A stretch of DNA of 64,000 nucleotides, taken from assembly GCA_010909165.1 (NCBI GenBank), contig MU008164.1:62001-126000 (forward strand), given 5' to 3'. A program made the translations under genes and the position numbers. The notes under the pieces are model-generated. The model ran no database searches, was not told the origin of the DNA, and saw nothing but the letters and a program-made list of their open reading frames with translations. The DNA is from Anthoceros angustus (Eukaryota; Plantae; Anthocerotophyta). Positions 37,330 through 48,403 of the stretch are shown piece by piece. Numbering within the stretch: the first letter of the stretch is position 1; the number at the start of each line of letters is the position of its first letter.

Positions 37330-37675
37330 AGGTCACACTTGGAGAGTCGATGGACTCGGACCCACTTCCAGTAAAGAACACCTTCCCAAAGTTTGTAGGC
37401 TTGGAGAGGTCGATCAGTGCACTGGCAAGTTCCTGGCAATTAAACCTGACCACTGTCACACAAAACCTAAAGAACACCAGTCCTTCGGGATCAAACGAAT
37501 GGCAGGCCTGTGCCAACCACCCCTTTCCTGCAGCCATACCAAAGCAGACAGAATGGTAAGCTGGAAAAGCTCTCAATTGTTTATTACCAGCTTCAACCGA
37601 TTGTGATTTATTGGCACCTGAGAGGCAAGCGACGACTGGAGTGAAAGGCAACAACTTATGTCCAACATCGGCCAT
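37330..37675 (-). pseudogene. Degenerate class-III aminotransferase (GABA-T-like) fragments
   Basis: GHKLLPFT, KQLRAFPAYHS and ELASALIDLSKPTNFGKVFFTGSGSESIDS occur in the order of the GABA-T motifs (MLAPFT, QLNTLPFYHS, KMGKVFFTNSGSEAND). The PLP-lysine region was not found. Confidence 0.4.
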
Positions 37676-37945
37676 ACATGGGCATGGGCATGGCTGCGAT
37701 CAGAGATCGATGAAAAATGTAATCGGCGACCGCATGTTACGAGCTGATGTGGTTAGGTTAAATACCAGGGAATCTGGAAGGTTCCCTTGAAAAGATGCAT
37801 GTAATACATGAACAATATGTTCACACGCACCCTTCCGGTACGCCATAACGGACAACCCCACAAATGAGAAATGTGATACAAAACCGCGGGTACATCAAAA
37901 GGGCTTAATATGGCCCGAAGAAGCGTTCCGTTTTAGTCTCATCAC

Positions 37946-38003
37946 AAGAAGAAGAATTTTATTTGAGTCCACTAAGGACGGATTTCCGTCATGGGACTTG
38001 GTA
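37946..38003 (-). mobile_element. 5'-truncated tail of the structured-tail non-LTR family
   Basis: aagaagaagaattttatttgagtccactaaggacggatttccgtcatgggacttggta is the reverse complement of the tail at 59165-59227. Confidence 0.85.
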
Positions 38004-38130
38004 AAGAGCAACCATCAGTTTTCTGTCCATCCATTTGGTTACGGATAACGACGTGGCTTACCCACCGAGCGAGCAAGCATTAATTTTCTTCGGATATTGA
38101 TGTGTATGAGCCCAACTGATGATGCATACG

Positions 38131-38177
38131 CCTAAACCCTAAACCCTAGTCTTTGCACCCTAAATCTTAAACCCTAG
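38131..38177. repeat. Degenerate interstitial plant telomere repeats (CCCTAAA/telo-box)
   Basis: cctaaaccctaaaccctag...caccctaaatcttaaaccctag. Confidence 0.7.
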
Positions 38178-38190
38178 CCCCACATAGAGC

Positions 38191-40306
38191 CTACATATTG
38201 AGCGGCGAGTGCGGCTGTAGAATCCAGTTGCACGATTTGAACCCCTGGTGGTCGTTGAACGTGATCCAGGCCTGACCCAAGCGGCGACCTCGCCTCATGT
38301 CAGCAGCCTGACCGCAGTCTCCCACTTTCAACAACCACGAACCCGGGGAACCCGGAACCATGGACGCCAGTTGCTGCCACATTGGCGCGTCCCACAGCGA
38401 CTGTAGCCGTAGTTCCGGCATCTGGCGAACCAAGTCCCTGGCCAGCAGCAACCACATCCTGATCCGCGCGGCGTCGTCTCTCGTCAGCTCCACGGTGCGG
38501 TTGTGGACGTGGTACATCTTGCAAAGCGGCTCACCCATGCACTGGTGCGACGACAGGTTGGCGTACCTGTCATCCAGCCACTGGACAGAGCCGCGCTCCA
38601 GGCGCATTCCCATGTAGATCAGGCCCGACGCCAAGGCCTGCTCCTCGTACATGTGGTGCACCACTTTGAAGGGAATGAGCTCCACCAGCACCGTGCCCTT
38701 GCGCTGCATCAGGGACGGGTTAAGCAGATTGGCGCCGTGCAGAGAGATGCTGATCCCCGTGTCCTTCATCAGGGCCACCTGCTGCCAGAAGTCCATCCCT
38801 ACCAGCTCCACTGCTCGCCAGTACAGGCCTGTTGATGCGACGGCGGACAGCATGGCCCGGGCGCTGGCTGGATCGAATTGGCGCCGCTTGAATGTCCCCG
38901 TGTTGTTGCGTAGGATGTAGAGGAGGTGGATGGAAGGATCGAAAAGGGGAATTGATGGCGGCATCAAGGCCTGGTGTATTGTCGGTGCCGCCTGCCTGTA
39001 CAGTCTCCTGCGCATCTGGTCCGCTGTTGCCAGTCCTCCTGGCCAGTAGCTTGCCTGTGAGCAACAACACATCCAAACCCGTGGATCAAGGCAAAGGTAA
39101 ATCTGGATCACGACTCTGCTCTTCAACATCTCTTGCGATGGTTCGGAAAAAACGTATTTTCCTACAAGAAAAGCAAGATCCTGTAGGAGACGACTCTGTT
39201 CACTTAGATCATGAGCAGAAAAAACAACAAAAGCAATGTGAAGAGAATTCACCTTGAGAATGCCTGGTAGAAGAGCTTTCTGAAAACAGACTGGTTGTTG
39301 CTCGCTTGCGTCTGCCATTGATCCATTGAATTCGACTCTCCCGGAAGCAGCACTCTTTGTTCCAAGGATGTGGCTAGGAGGGATCCTCCGGCCTTCCAAA
39401 GCCCGCATGTTCACCAGCCACAGCACTTCTGCCAGGTAGGTAGCATGGTAGGGATGTGCAATTCCCCCGGACAGGATGTCAGGCTCCAAGTACTGCCCCA
39501 GGCCTTCAGGCGCAATGCGGAAGAGGAAGCGGGAGATGACGTCAGAGAAGGCCGGCAAAGTTGCCTGGTTCATGAGCAGCAGCACATTCACTCGAGCGTG
39601 GAGGTGAGCCACATTTGTTGTGGCTCTTTCCAGGTTGATGACACAGGAGGTTCCATTGAGCCAGGTGACATTCCTGTCATCAAGCCACTCCAAAGGCCTC
39701 TCTGTGACAGGCCCGAATCCAGTCTCCCGCGCTGTGCTGTGGTCTTGCCAATACTGTCTGAGGTTGCACGACACAGGCGCCACAGGCCCGTCGGGGAAGA
39801 AGCTGGTACCATCTCGACATGTCTGTTTTCCTGCAGCTTGCGTACACGAGTGTCACAGTTTAGAGACGAGGAAATCCTGCCAACATATCTACAGATCTCG
39901 ACGGGACTGCTGAGGTTTTCCAATAAGCTACTGACCGGGAGGACGCACCGAGCACTACAAGGTTGGAGCCGTTGAAGCAGACATTCCTGAACTCCCAGAA
40001 GCGCTGGCTCCTTGCCTGGTCCTCCTTCAAGGAATAAATCGCCAAATCTGAGTTTCTCCGAGCGAAGTCTGGATCTAAGCTCGCGAAGTAGCGGGCTTCC
40101 TCATGCAAAGCGTCCGAATCACCTGCTTCAACAGGACTGCTGTGTTCTTCCCGCAGAGAAGAGCACCATGTCTCGAAGCCTCGTCGGGGAACGTGGACCA
40201 CGCTGATGGAACCTAACAAGCACAGGCAGACCGTGGCAAGAAGCCACGCGATTGTAAGGCCGGCAGGGATGCATTTCCGCCCTCGGTGCCAAGGGAATCT
40301 GTGCAT
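38191..40306 (-). CDS. Glycosyltransferase family 61-like type II membrane protein
   Basis: N-terminal TM IAWLLATVCLCLLG, FWEFRNVCFNG, phase-1 intron (VVL G|GKQ), NVAHLH, CFQKALL, LLYILRN, VELVGMDFWQQVALMKDTGISISLHGANLLN, VLVELIPF. Confidence 0.78.
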
Positions 40307-41001
40307 TGCTGCACACTGCAACGGGATGCGTTGTGCTATCTCTGCAGTCTGAAGGAAGTCGCTCGAATGGTATCTTTGAAACGCAAAAGGCTTCCCACGT
40401 TTTCCCCCAAGGACGCAGGACGCCTGTGCTGCTCACGGACAGTGTAATAATTGTTCTTGGACTCCTCATCTTCACCGCTCGACTCACGACTCAAGAGCCC
40501 GTCTGCTGGCCTTGAGAGGGCACATTGTCTGCACTTGCTATCTTCAGAAGATCGCAAGCTCACATCATATGTTTCACGACGACTCCAATCACTCCACTTT
40601 CTAAGGGTCTCTTGCTAGAGGACAGGACCAAGGAGATCTGGAGCTGACACTCCTTGGGAATGACGAACTGCGCATAGTACATATCCAGCTTTTTGCTACT
40701 TTTGTTTATCCCCAAAACAGGTGTCCACGTGCATTTATGATACAAAATCAGGCTCCTGAAGGATGCGGTCTACGAGTACTATTGTAGCGTATACTCAAGC
40801 AAATTCGATATTTAGATTGCCGTCTTCAGAAAGCCAACTAGTGAAGTGCTAGCAGGCGAGGATGATCAAGGTGGCTCGACGCTTGGAAACTAGAGTGTTG
40901 CTCCCTCTACTGAGTGGTAACACATACACTTCCTCCACACTCTGAGCACTCTTGTTTTGATCATGACGCTCTGTGCAGTAAGCCCTGGAAGGAAGCAAAT
41001 A

Positions 41002-43286
41002 TCAAGTTGTGCTTGTGGTAGCACTCGTGTAAATCTGCGTTTCTTCCACAACCCATAAGGGATTGCCTTCTCGAATCCAAACCTCAGCTATCCTTTTCAA
41101 CTCTCCTTTCTGAAAATCAACCACAGTGAACTGGCGATCTGAAACCTCTATCAGGTTACCCTCACATTCTGCACAGCTTTCAGGCGGAGGTACAGGCTCC
41201 GTTGAATTGAGGTCCGTGACAAGCATACGCCTGGACCTGGGAACAACTGCACCGTTCAGATAGACTGTTCCGTTGGCTCCGGCAACAACCATCGTCCTCT
41301 CCCCAACGACTTGCAGCTTCTTGTGCATGTGCCCGAAGACCACTAGTGGAATTTTCCGCCTCCCCGTAGCTTGGACAGTTGCAAGTGCTGCAGCTAAGTC
41401 TGAAAGGGAATATGAAAGAGTCAAAGTAGTTCCAAGTGATCAATAAATGCAGCACATAACACAATCCCAAACATGTATCAATTAGGAGGTACGAACCACG
41501 ATCCCCATGGTCACCAGCTTTCCGAACCCAGTCTTTCCCACAGATGTCGTATCTGTTTGGTCCCAATCCTGCAATGTCATAATCGTTTCAGAACCCTAGC
41601 CTGAAGGAATCCAGATGCTTTAAAGGTTATCACAAAACAATGGAGTATGCACGAAACGAACATGCTGCTAAATGATTTACCACAAGTATCAAGCTTTGTG
41701 GATCCCAATCCTGCTTGTTTTCATTTGCAGTACAACAAGATACTATAACTGAGTGAAGTTACAGCTGTTCAAACTCATGCACAAAGTTATGGTGTGCATA
41801 AATCAAGCTGAACTAATCTTGCAACCAGTCATAGTGCAAACAGCATACACAATTGACCTGTGCTTGTCCTGAAAAGGAAGAGCAGCCGGGCTAAGACCAT
41901 GTGGAAGCAGCTCTTACCAAGAGGACCATTGTGCGCTAGAAAAATCAGGGAATGATCAACTGGAGCTCCAAGAGCCATCTCTGTTATTCTTATTTCACTC
42001 TCAACCATGTTTCTGATGCCATACCTGATAAAGCAACGGCAGATGATAAGTGGGAAAAACAAACAGGGAGCCAAACACGGCTCCACTTTGATGATCACAT
42101 CCTCTTAGTCCTTGAAGCTCATCCAACAACAAATTCCACAAGAGGTCCTTACCTCTGGCCAAGCAGATCTGCAGGATTAAAATTGGTTCCGCCACTGGAA
42201 AACGGACGACCGCCAACCACGCTCAGCTGGTACTGCGGGTAATCTAACCTGCTATATCCCACATGCTCCTGTCCCAGGCTGTGGATACACAGTCTTGTGA
42301 ACAAGACTTGCCAACAAATGAAAGTACGAAAGGCATGATACGACAGTAATGCCACTTACGCAAGAAGCTGAGCAGTGACATTGTCAGGATCCTGACATGG
42401 GTCTGCCCTGTACTTCTTTTGCCTGGCCTGCCAAGAAAATATCCTGTCATGACCAATGTGAGGTGACACACCAACACAAAATACTGATTGCTTTCCTGCA
42501 CTATGGCTGGTCTTTCACTCCAGAAGCTGCTTCCGTAGACAAGTTGGCTCAACACAAGTACCTTTTGTAAGGTCCAGCTGTCCACCAACAGTCATGGTTG
42601 CCAAGAATGACCGATTTCGGAAAATTCAGGTCACTGATGCTTTTGACAAGTTCAACATTCTCCTCACCAAAATCTCCTGCTTTCCGTCACACAGCAGAGA
42701 TAACAGTTCAGCCTCCGTAGACATCAGGCTTTTGAACTCAAGTTCACCAGTTGCCCCAAGCGCCTCTGAGCCTCTAAAGCATTTCGAAGAGCAATTACAC
42801 CCCCGACCCCCACACCTCCTAGCGACAAGCAAACTGTCTGTTCGAAGCGGCCGATGGCACATCCCATTCAAAGCCATGCGGCCAACACAACTCGATTCGG
42901 TGCACCTGTAAAGAGGACCAGGTCCGGCTGAAAACCAACAGGCAAGCAATGTTAGATCGCCCCTCAAACGGCTGTAATTAAAATCCATCCCGCATCACAG
43001 ATGGCACAGTACCTTCAAAACCCTCAGAGCCATGTAATCCTTCACGGGATCCCAGTCCTCATGCTGGCCAATGCAAGCACGATTAGAACCAGAATCCCAC
43101 ACAGAGAGCGAAGCAAGCATGAGAAGGAAACAGCTCAACTAGCCTCCTGCAAAACCTTACCACATCACCAACCACCGCGATCCTAAGCGCCTTAGGCACA
43201 TCAGGTCTGCCAGTCATGGCTGAAGCCCGCGGTGGAGATCGAGATCTGCAGAATGATGAAGCGCGCCCGCAGTTCATGAGAACCAT
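41002..43286 (-). CDS. Calcineurin-like metallophosphoesterase (DevT/TIGR04168-like), probably organelle-targeted
   Basis: Spliced motifs IAVVGDV|HEDWD, LVLFTG|DFG, VILGNHDCW, IFLAHNGP, DICGKDW...GDHGD, LVVFGHMHKKL, VYLNGAVVPR. Confidence 0.82.
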
Positions 43287-43910
43287 TCTCGAAGACAACT
43301 CCGCCTCGGCAATCACATCCAATCACAGAACGGAGCAGCAAAACCAGTCCCGCACGTATTCCACCTGCCTAGCAAAGTGAAACCACACATCTTGCCTAAC
43401 CAATCGGACAGAGAGAGTGAAAAGGTTCACGCACACTAGAACCTTCAGCTCAGCATGCAAACCCCTCGCTAAGTAAAAATTCTCCCCGCCGCTTCTGAGG
43501 AAGCCGGCGATCGGCACAGGAATCACTGCTAGATTCTCCACGGCGTCGGATCTCCTCTCACGATCCTGGAATGCGGAGCAACTGGCGGCGTCACCGACGC
43601 CATCCTTGACGCCGTTTCAGTGTGCTCCATCGCAACGCCTGTGCCCCTGCTGGCGAGACTGCACGCCGTCTGCCCGGCAGGCAGGCCATTCCGAGTCCCA
43701 CGGGAGCCTGCACGGCGGGCAGCCGGCGTGCGTCTCGTGCCGCGTCGTGTCTTTCCCCGTCTTGCCTGGACTGCTTCACATCTGCTGAGTTTTTCCTTCC
43801 TTGCGGTTCCCGCTTTCCATGCCGGATGCTGCGACTACACAAAATCCGTGTCTAGCACTACGGCAGGCGACTCATGAATGTGTTTGCACTTCTAAAGCAG
43901 GGATCTGAGC

Positions 43911-43960
43911 CTGGGCTGGGCTGGGCTAGACTAGGCTGGGCTGGGCTAGGCTGCGCTGGG
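43911..43960. repeat. (GGGCT)n degenerate pentamer tract
   Basis: ctgggctgggctgggctagactaggctgggctgggctaggctgcgctggg. Confidence 0.85.
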
Positions 43961-44211
43961 TTTCCGAGCCTTTGCTCATTCCCGACACTGAATTAGATAG
44001 GCATTGTCTAGTTAATAATACGTCTAATTAACTTTGTTAACTTCTTGACCGCCTTGATAAACAAGGCTAGGTATTGTTAACTTCTTCTCCACCTTGATAA
44101 ACAAGGCCCTATAGGTATCGAGAAGCCCCCAACTTCAAGGAAGCCCGGTCTTCAACTTCAAGGAAGCCTAGGCTTCAACAGAAGCGCAGTCGGAAGCTCA
44201 GTCTTCTGTCC

Positions 44212-44386
44212 GGCATCCTACACTCTATGATATATAAATACTCTTTGGCATCCTACAATCTAAGGTGCATGAACACTCTTCGGCATCCTACACTCTATGA
44301 TACATAAATACTCTTTGGCATCCTACAATCTATGATACATGAACACTCTTCGGCATCCTACACTCTATGATACATAAACACTCTTC
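44212..44386. repeat. Five-copy 35-bp minisatellite with alternating A/B monomers
   Basis: Units start at 44212, 44247, 44282, 44317 and 44352 (ggcatcctacactctatgatacataaatactctt). Odd copies have 'cact' and even copies have 'caat'. Confidence 0.92.
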
Positions 44387-44597
44387 GACAAGGAGATTGG
44401 GTTGTGAACTAGTAGTGACTTCATGAATTCATTTTTTGTGTTCTCTTTATTTTGTGTCCAAGAGTTAAGATGGCACACGGAAGTTGAGAACACATAGCTT
44501 GTATGAAGGTAAAACTCAATATTATGAACCTCAAAAATACGAATTAGTTACTGTTTCCACCAGAAAAAGAATTTTAGTCTAGGGCGAGTTCTAATTA

Positions 44598-44791
44598 TAG
44601 AGGGAGGATGTTCAAGAAGGTTCTATTCTAAGATATGTGGAATAGAGGTATAGTGTTGTATATACTTGTGGTATCCAAGATATAGGTTCTGAGGATAGTA
44701 CGTTCCTTGTTAGGGCTTTTGTACTTCACTATATAAACGCTTCTAAGACTAAGATGTCTATATGTCTGACTGCAAGAGAAAGTTTTGAACA
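44598..44791 (+). mobile_element. Orphan 3' LTR with polypurine tract
   Basis: Purine tract tagagggagga is immediately followed by TGTTCAA (44609) ... TTGAACA (44791), a 7-bp inverted terminal match over 183 bp. No matching 5' LTR was seen. Confidence 0.6.
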
Positions 44792-45429
44792 ACTAATTTT
44801 TTGAGAACTCACTTCTAAGCTTGTTGAAGCAGTAGCAAACTTGGATGGTGGGCATGGAAAGAGTGCACGTACATGATAATGAGACTATGTACCGTCACTG
44901 GGAAAAGTGGCTGGGTCTTATTGCTGAGAATCCAAGACCTGATCACAAAACACTCGGTCGTTTGCTCAAACTTTCTCGAAAGTATACATTGAATATCAAG
45001 AAACAATATACAAAGGAATTCTACACAAGCCTAGAGTTGCGACTACATTTGAAAGAAGACGGGACCCAATGGACTAAGCAAGAAGAAGTGGCTCTTGTAA
45101 GAATAGGACTTATAATGGCTCATCTTACAGATCCCGAGAGTGATAACAAACTTTCTTTTCAGTAACATGTAAGGTTGTTTGTAGGACACATAAAGATCAA
45201 TATCAAAATAAAATTTATGACACAATTAAAAGGATGCTTATAAATTCCAATTGCACAAATACATAAGCATAAATTACTTTCATGGTCGCTTTACTATACT
45301 GGTTTTTGGAGCGGTTGTTTTGCTATGACTTGGTCAATTTACAAGAGAAAGCACTTTGTTGCACTTGAGCGAATGTTCTTCCCCTCTTGCCTTGTGCTGG
45401 TGAGAAAGCTTCATTTGAGCGAATGTTAT

Positions 45430-45917
45430 CCTTAACCCTTCGGGTTGGGTGGCAGAGGGTGCGCGATGGCTAAAGCCCACAAGTACTCTCCCATGCAGGA
45501 CGGCCGCGCCTTCATCCCCCTTGCCATCAAGACTCACGAGGCCAAGGACAAGGATTTCTCTAGGTTCGTCAAGGCCTGTGCCAAAGCTTATCATAGCCGC
45601 AAGAATGGGGTTGGCCTCCCCCTTTCTTGTGTTGTAGCTTTCTTCAGGCAACAGGTATCCATCGCCTTCCAAAGGGTGTTGGCCAACGCAATGTACAGGA
45701 CGACGGCGAGCGTTGGGGATGCGGCTTCTTCGGCCCCTGTGGTAAGTAGGCCTTTTCACATCTCTGACCACAAAATTCTTCGGGCGGTAGGTAGTTTCGA
45801 GATGAGCGATCGCGGGGGTTAGTCCCCCTTGGCATCTTGGCATGGTGCCCTTCGTTGGGTTGTTCCCCCTTTTGTCTTGGGGTGGATGGGATTTTCCATC
45901 TCCTTTTTTACAATAAA
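45430..45917 (+). mobile_element. 3' fragment of an RLE-bearing (CRE/R2-like) non-LTR retrotransposon
   Basis: AKAHKYSPMQDGRAFIPLAIKTHEAK...FFRQQVSIAFQRVLA fits the C-terminal RLE signature K..KY...F.PLA.ET.G...Q..SIA.QR..A. The stop at 45822 is followed by a short 3' UTR with AATAAA. Confidence 0.65.
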
Positions 45918-46924
45918 GTCTCCACGTTGTCTAGATGTCACTCCTTGAAGGGAGGACTTATGTACATCTTTTTTATATTGCACCCTAATATGAACGATAA
46001 ATATAACTTTTTAAATTAGCCTTCGGTATAGGAGCCACTAATTATGAGATAACTTATCTTAGGAAAATAGTCATCAGAATGGCGGAAAGAAACATTAATA
46101 TTCTACAAATATTCTAAAAATATAAATTATTATATATCATAAAATAAAATAATTCATTATAATTTTCAATAGTTATAATTTTAAACCATACTTGTGCAAA
46201 AGAGGGTGCTTTTTTCATTGAAAGAGGATCCTCATATACTCCATGGAGACCTTTGAATTTAGTGGATTAGGTTTACCGTAGGAGGCATTTTTTGGATCCC
46301 CTAATGTTGAAGAATTATTTTTAAATAAATTTCAACGTGTATGGATTTATAATTTGAGTTTTAAAAAATATAATAATAATATATAGTTTAATAGTATATT
46401 AAATAGATAAGATACTCTACTTTTTTACATAATTTTATAATATATTATAAATCATAAGTGAATAAAAAAGATCAAGAATAAATATTATGATTTTTTTTAT
46501 CTATTTACCTAGTGAACACCATGGCTTTTAAGATTAGCTTATAACGTGGGTTTCAATATTAATGAAATAGGTGGATACCTAAGTAGGGGTGTAGAACATA
46601 TGGAGAGATTGGATCCCCGCGGAGGTTTGCGCTCTGCCCCTCCTGGCCCCGAGGTGTGCACTCTCATGCTCCCGGCGACCAAGGTGTGTGCACACCGACA
46701 TGTTTTCAGCTCTTCATCATTTTGCACTTTTCAGTTTTCGACCACTCATTTCAATATGTTTTTCAAATTCGATACTTGCTACAATTAATTAATTCTCGTC
46801 GGAACCGTTGGCTCCTACGGTAATGCCGATTGCCACCACCAATTGCTCCTCCCCAATCTCACCTCCAAGAGCAAAGCCAATTCTGGATCTCCGCAGTCAA
46901 ATAAGCATATATTTCAGACTGTCT

Positions 46925-47074
46925 AATGTGTGTCCAAATGGCTTAGGCCAAATGGGGACACATGTATACCAACGTCGCTGTTTTAAAAGCATCCTGCGCT
47001 TCCATCCATACTCGATACTTGATAGGGTGCCTAGAGGGAGTGGATGCCCTTGCTGCCAGTAGCTTCAGCCCACC
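46925..47074 (+). mobile_element. Diverged internal copy of the structured-tail family (tail missing)
   Basis: aatgtgtgtccaaatggcttaggccaaatgg...ggtgcctagagggagtggatgcccttgctgccagtagcttcagccc aligns with 59011-59145. Confidence 0.75.
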
Positions 47075-47935
47075 ATTCATGGTTTAGTTAATGGCCTTAA
47101 ATAAACTTCTTCTCCTCCATACAGACAGCATAAACTTCTTGGTGGAGAAACTTGTGCTCAAGACATTGAAGGTCACTCAAAATGAGGTGGAACCTGCATG
47201 GACTGACCTAGTACATCAAATCCAAGAATGAGACTCATGAATCTCTGGAATGGAATCTCTGTAAGAATGAGCCTCAATTGCCGATTCTGCCACCACTCCA
47301 CCCGTCGGATATGTTACACCAACCCAGGTGAAGTCTGTCTCTCCATCCTAGGATGCCACTGCAAACAGCCCATGGCCAGGACTGATCAGCAGCAACATCA
47401 AATTAAAGTTAGCGTCTTATCAGTTCAATGCTTGAGGAACGATTTGAGCACAGCTTCATGCACGGAGCCGCCCAGTGCTTTCTTGGGCCCCGGAGTCGGG
47501 CGCTGGAAAATATTGGCTCCTCTGCTTGGAGCTGCACCTTCGTGGCTTGTGCGGCGGCCGTGGCTCTCGCTGTTGTCGTCTCGTGATAGATCTTCTTGCG
47601 CGCGAAGGTTCGAGGACAGTTTGGGGGAATTCCAGGATCACAAGATCGCCAGAAGGAAAGGAGGATGCGGGTGGGCTGCCTTGAAAGTAACCCACCGTTA
47701 CCAAGCAAGAAATCCAGCAGAATCTCGGGTCAAGACGTTCCATGCCGCTTGAGGAATGCCTGCCGGGTCGAGTGAAGGAAGGCGTGGACGAGCAGCCAGT
47801 GCAGTAGCCGTGGTTGCATCGAGACGAGACGAACTGTGTTGAATGCAGCAATTTTCTTGGAGTGCAACTTGAATTGGTTCTTAAATACTCTTGTTTACCG
47901 GTGATGGCAGCTTGCACGCAATTCTTTGTGCATGA

Positions 47936-48217
47936 AACAAAGTGTGTTTCTCGCATGACCTGCAGCAAATCCCTGGCAGCAGAATCCAGAGAGGGATCAA
48001 GAAAACCAGGATGGAGGTGTTGACCCCAGAACAAAGTGTGTTTCTCGCATGACCTGCAGCAAATCCCTGGCAGCAGAATCCAGAGAGGGATCAAGAAAAC
48101 CAGGATGGAGGTGTTGACCCCAGAACAAAGTGTGTTTCTCGCATGACCTGCAGCAAATCCCTGGCAGCAGAATCCAGAGAGGGATCAAGAAAACCAGGAT
48201 GGAGGTGTTGACCCCAG
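47936..48217. repeat. Three tandem copies of a 94-bp unit
   Basis: Unit aacaaagtgtgtttctcgcatgacc...gttgaccccag starts at 47936, 48030 and 48124; copies appear identical. Confidence 0.95.
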
Positions 48218-48348
48218 ACAGAGGACCCATATAGATCGAGGCACAGTGCTTCGAGAAATAGTGAGGGACACAACAGGCTCTTTGAAAGGTTTCCGAGACA
48301 GAAAAACAGGCAGAGGGAAGACCTCGAGGAAGCTCCTTTACTGCAGCG

Positions 48349-48403
48349 CATGCGAGAAACACACTTTGGTTCTGCACACAAAATAAAGTGTGTTTCTCGC
48401 ATG
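48349..48403. repeat. Perfect 19-bp inverted repeat with 17-nt loop
   Basis: catgcgagaaacacacttt (48349-48367) pairs with aaagtgtgtttctcgcatg (48385-48403). Confidence 0.92.

Noticed and set aside
842-43286. A co-regulated cluster of plastid DNA/nucleoid genes (MutS2, YbaB, FGK-motif protein)
   Set aside because: The genes are tens of kb apart, differently oriented and interspersed with unrelated genes; chance in a gene-dense genome is sufficient.
44212-44386. 35-bp repeats as a CRISPR array
   Set aside because: Units are contiguous with no unique spacers, there are no cas genes, and the context is eukaryotic.
44845-45165. 106-aa ORF (..RHWEKWLGLIAENPRPD..)
   Set aside because: It starts with GTG, has no recognisable motif and lies in AT-rich TE debris; cannot be assigned without a search.
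46583-46600. TAGGGGTG as a hAT terminal inverted repeat
   Set aside because: No matching opposite terminus or 8-bp TSD was found.
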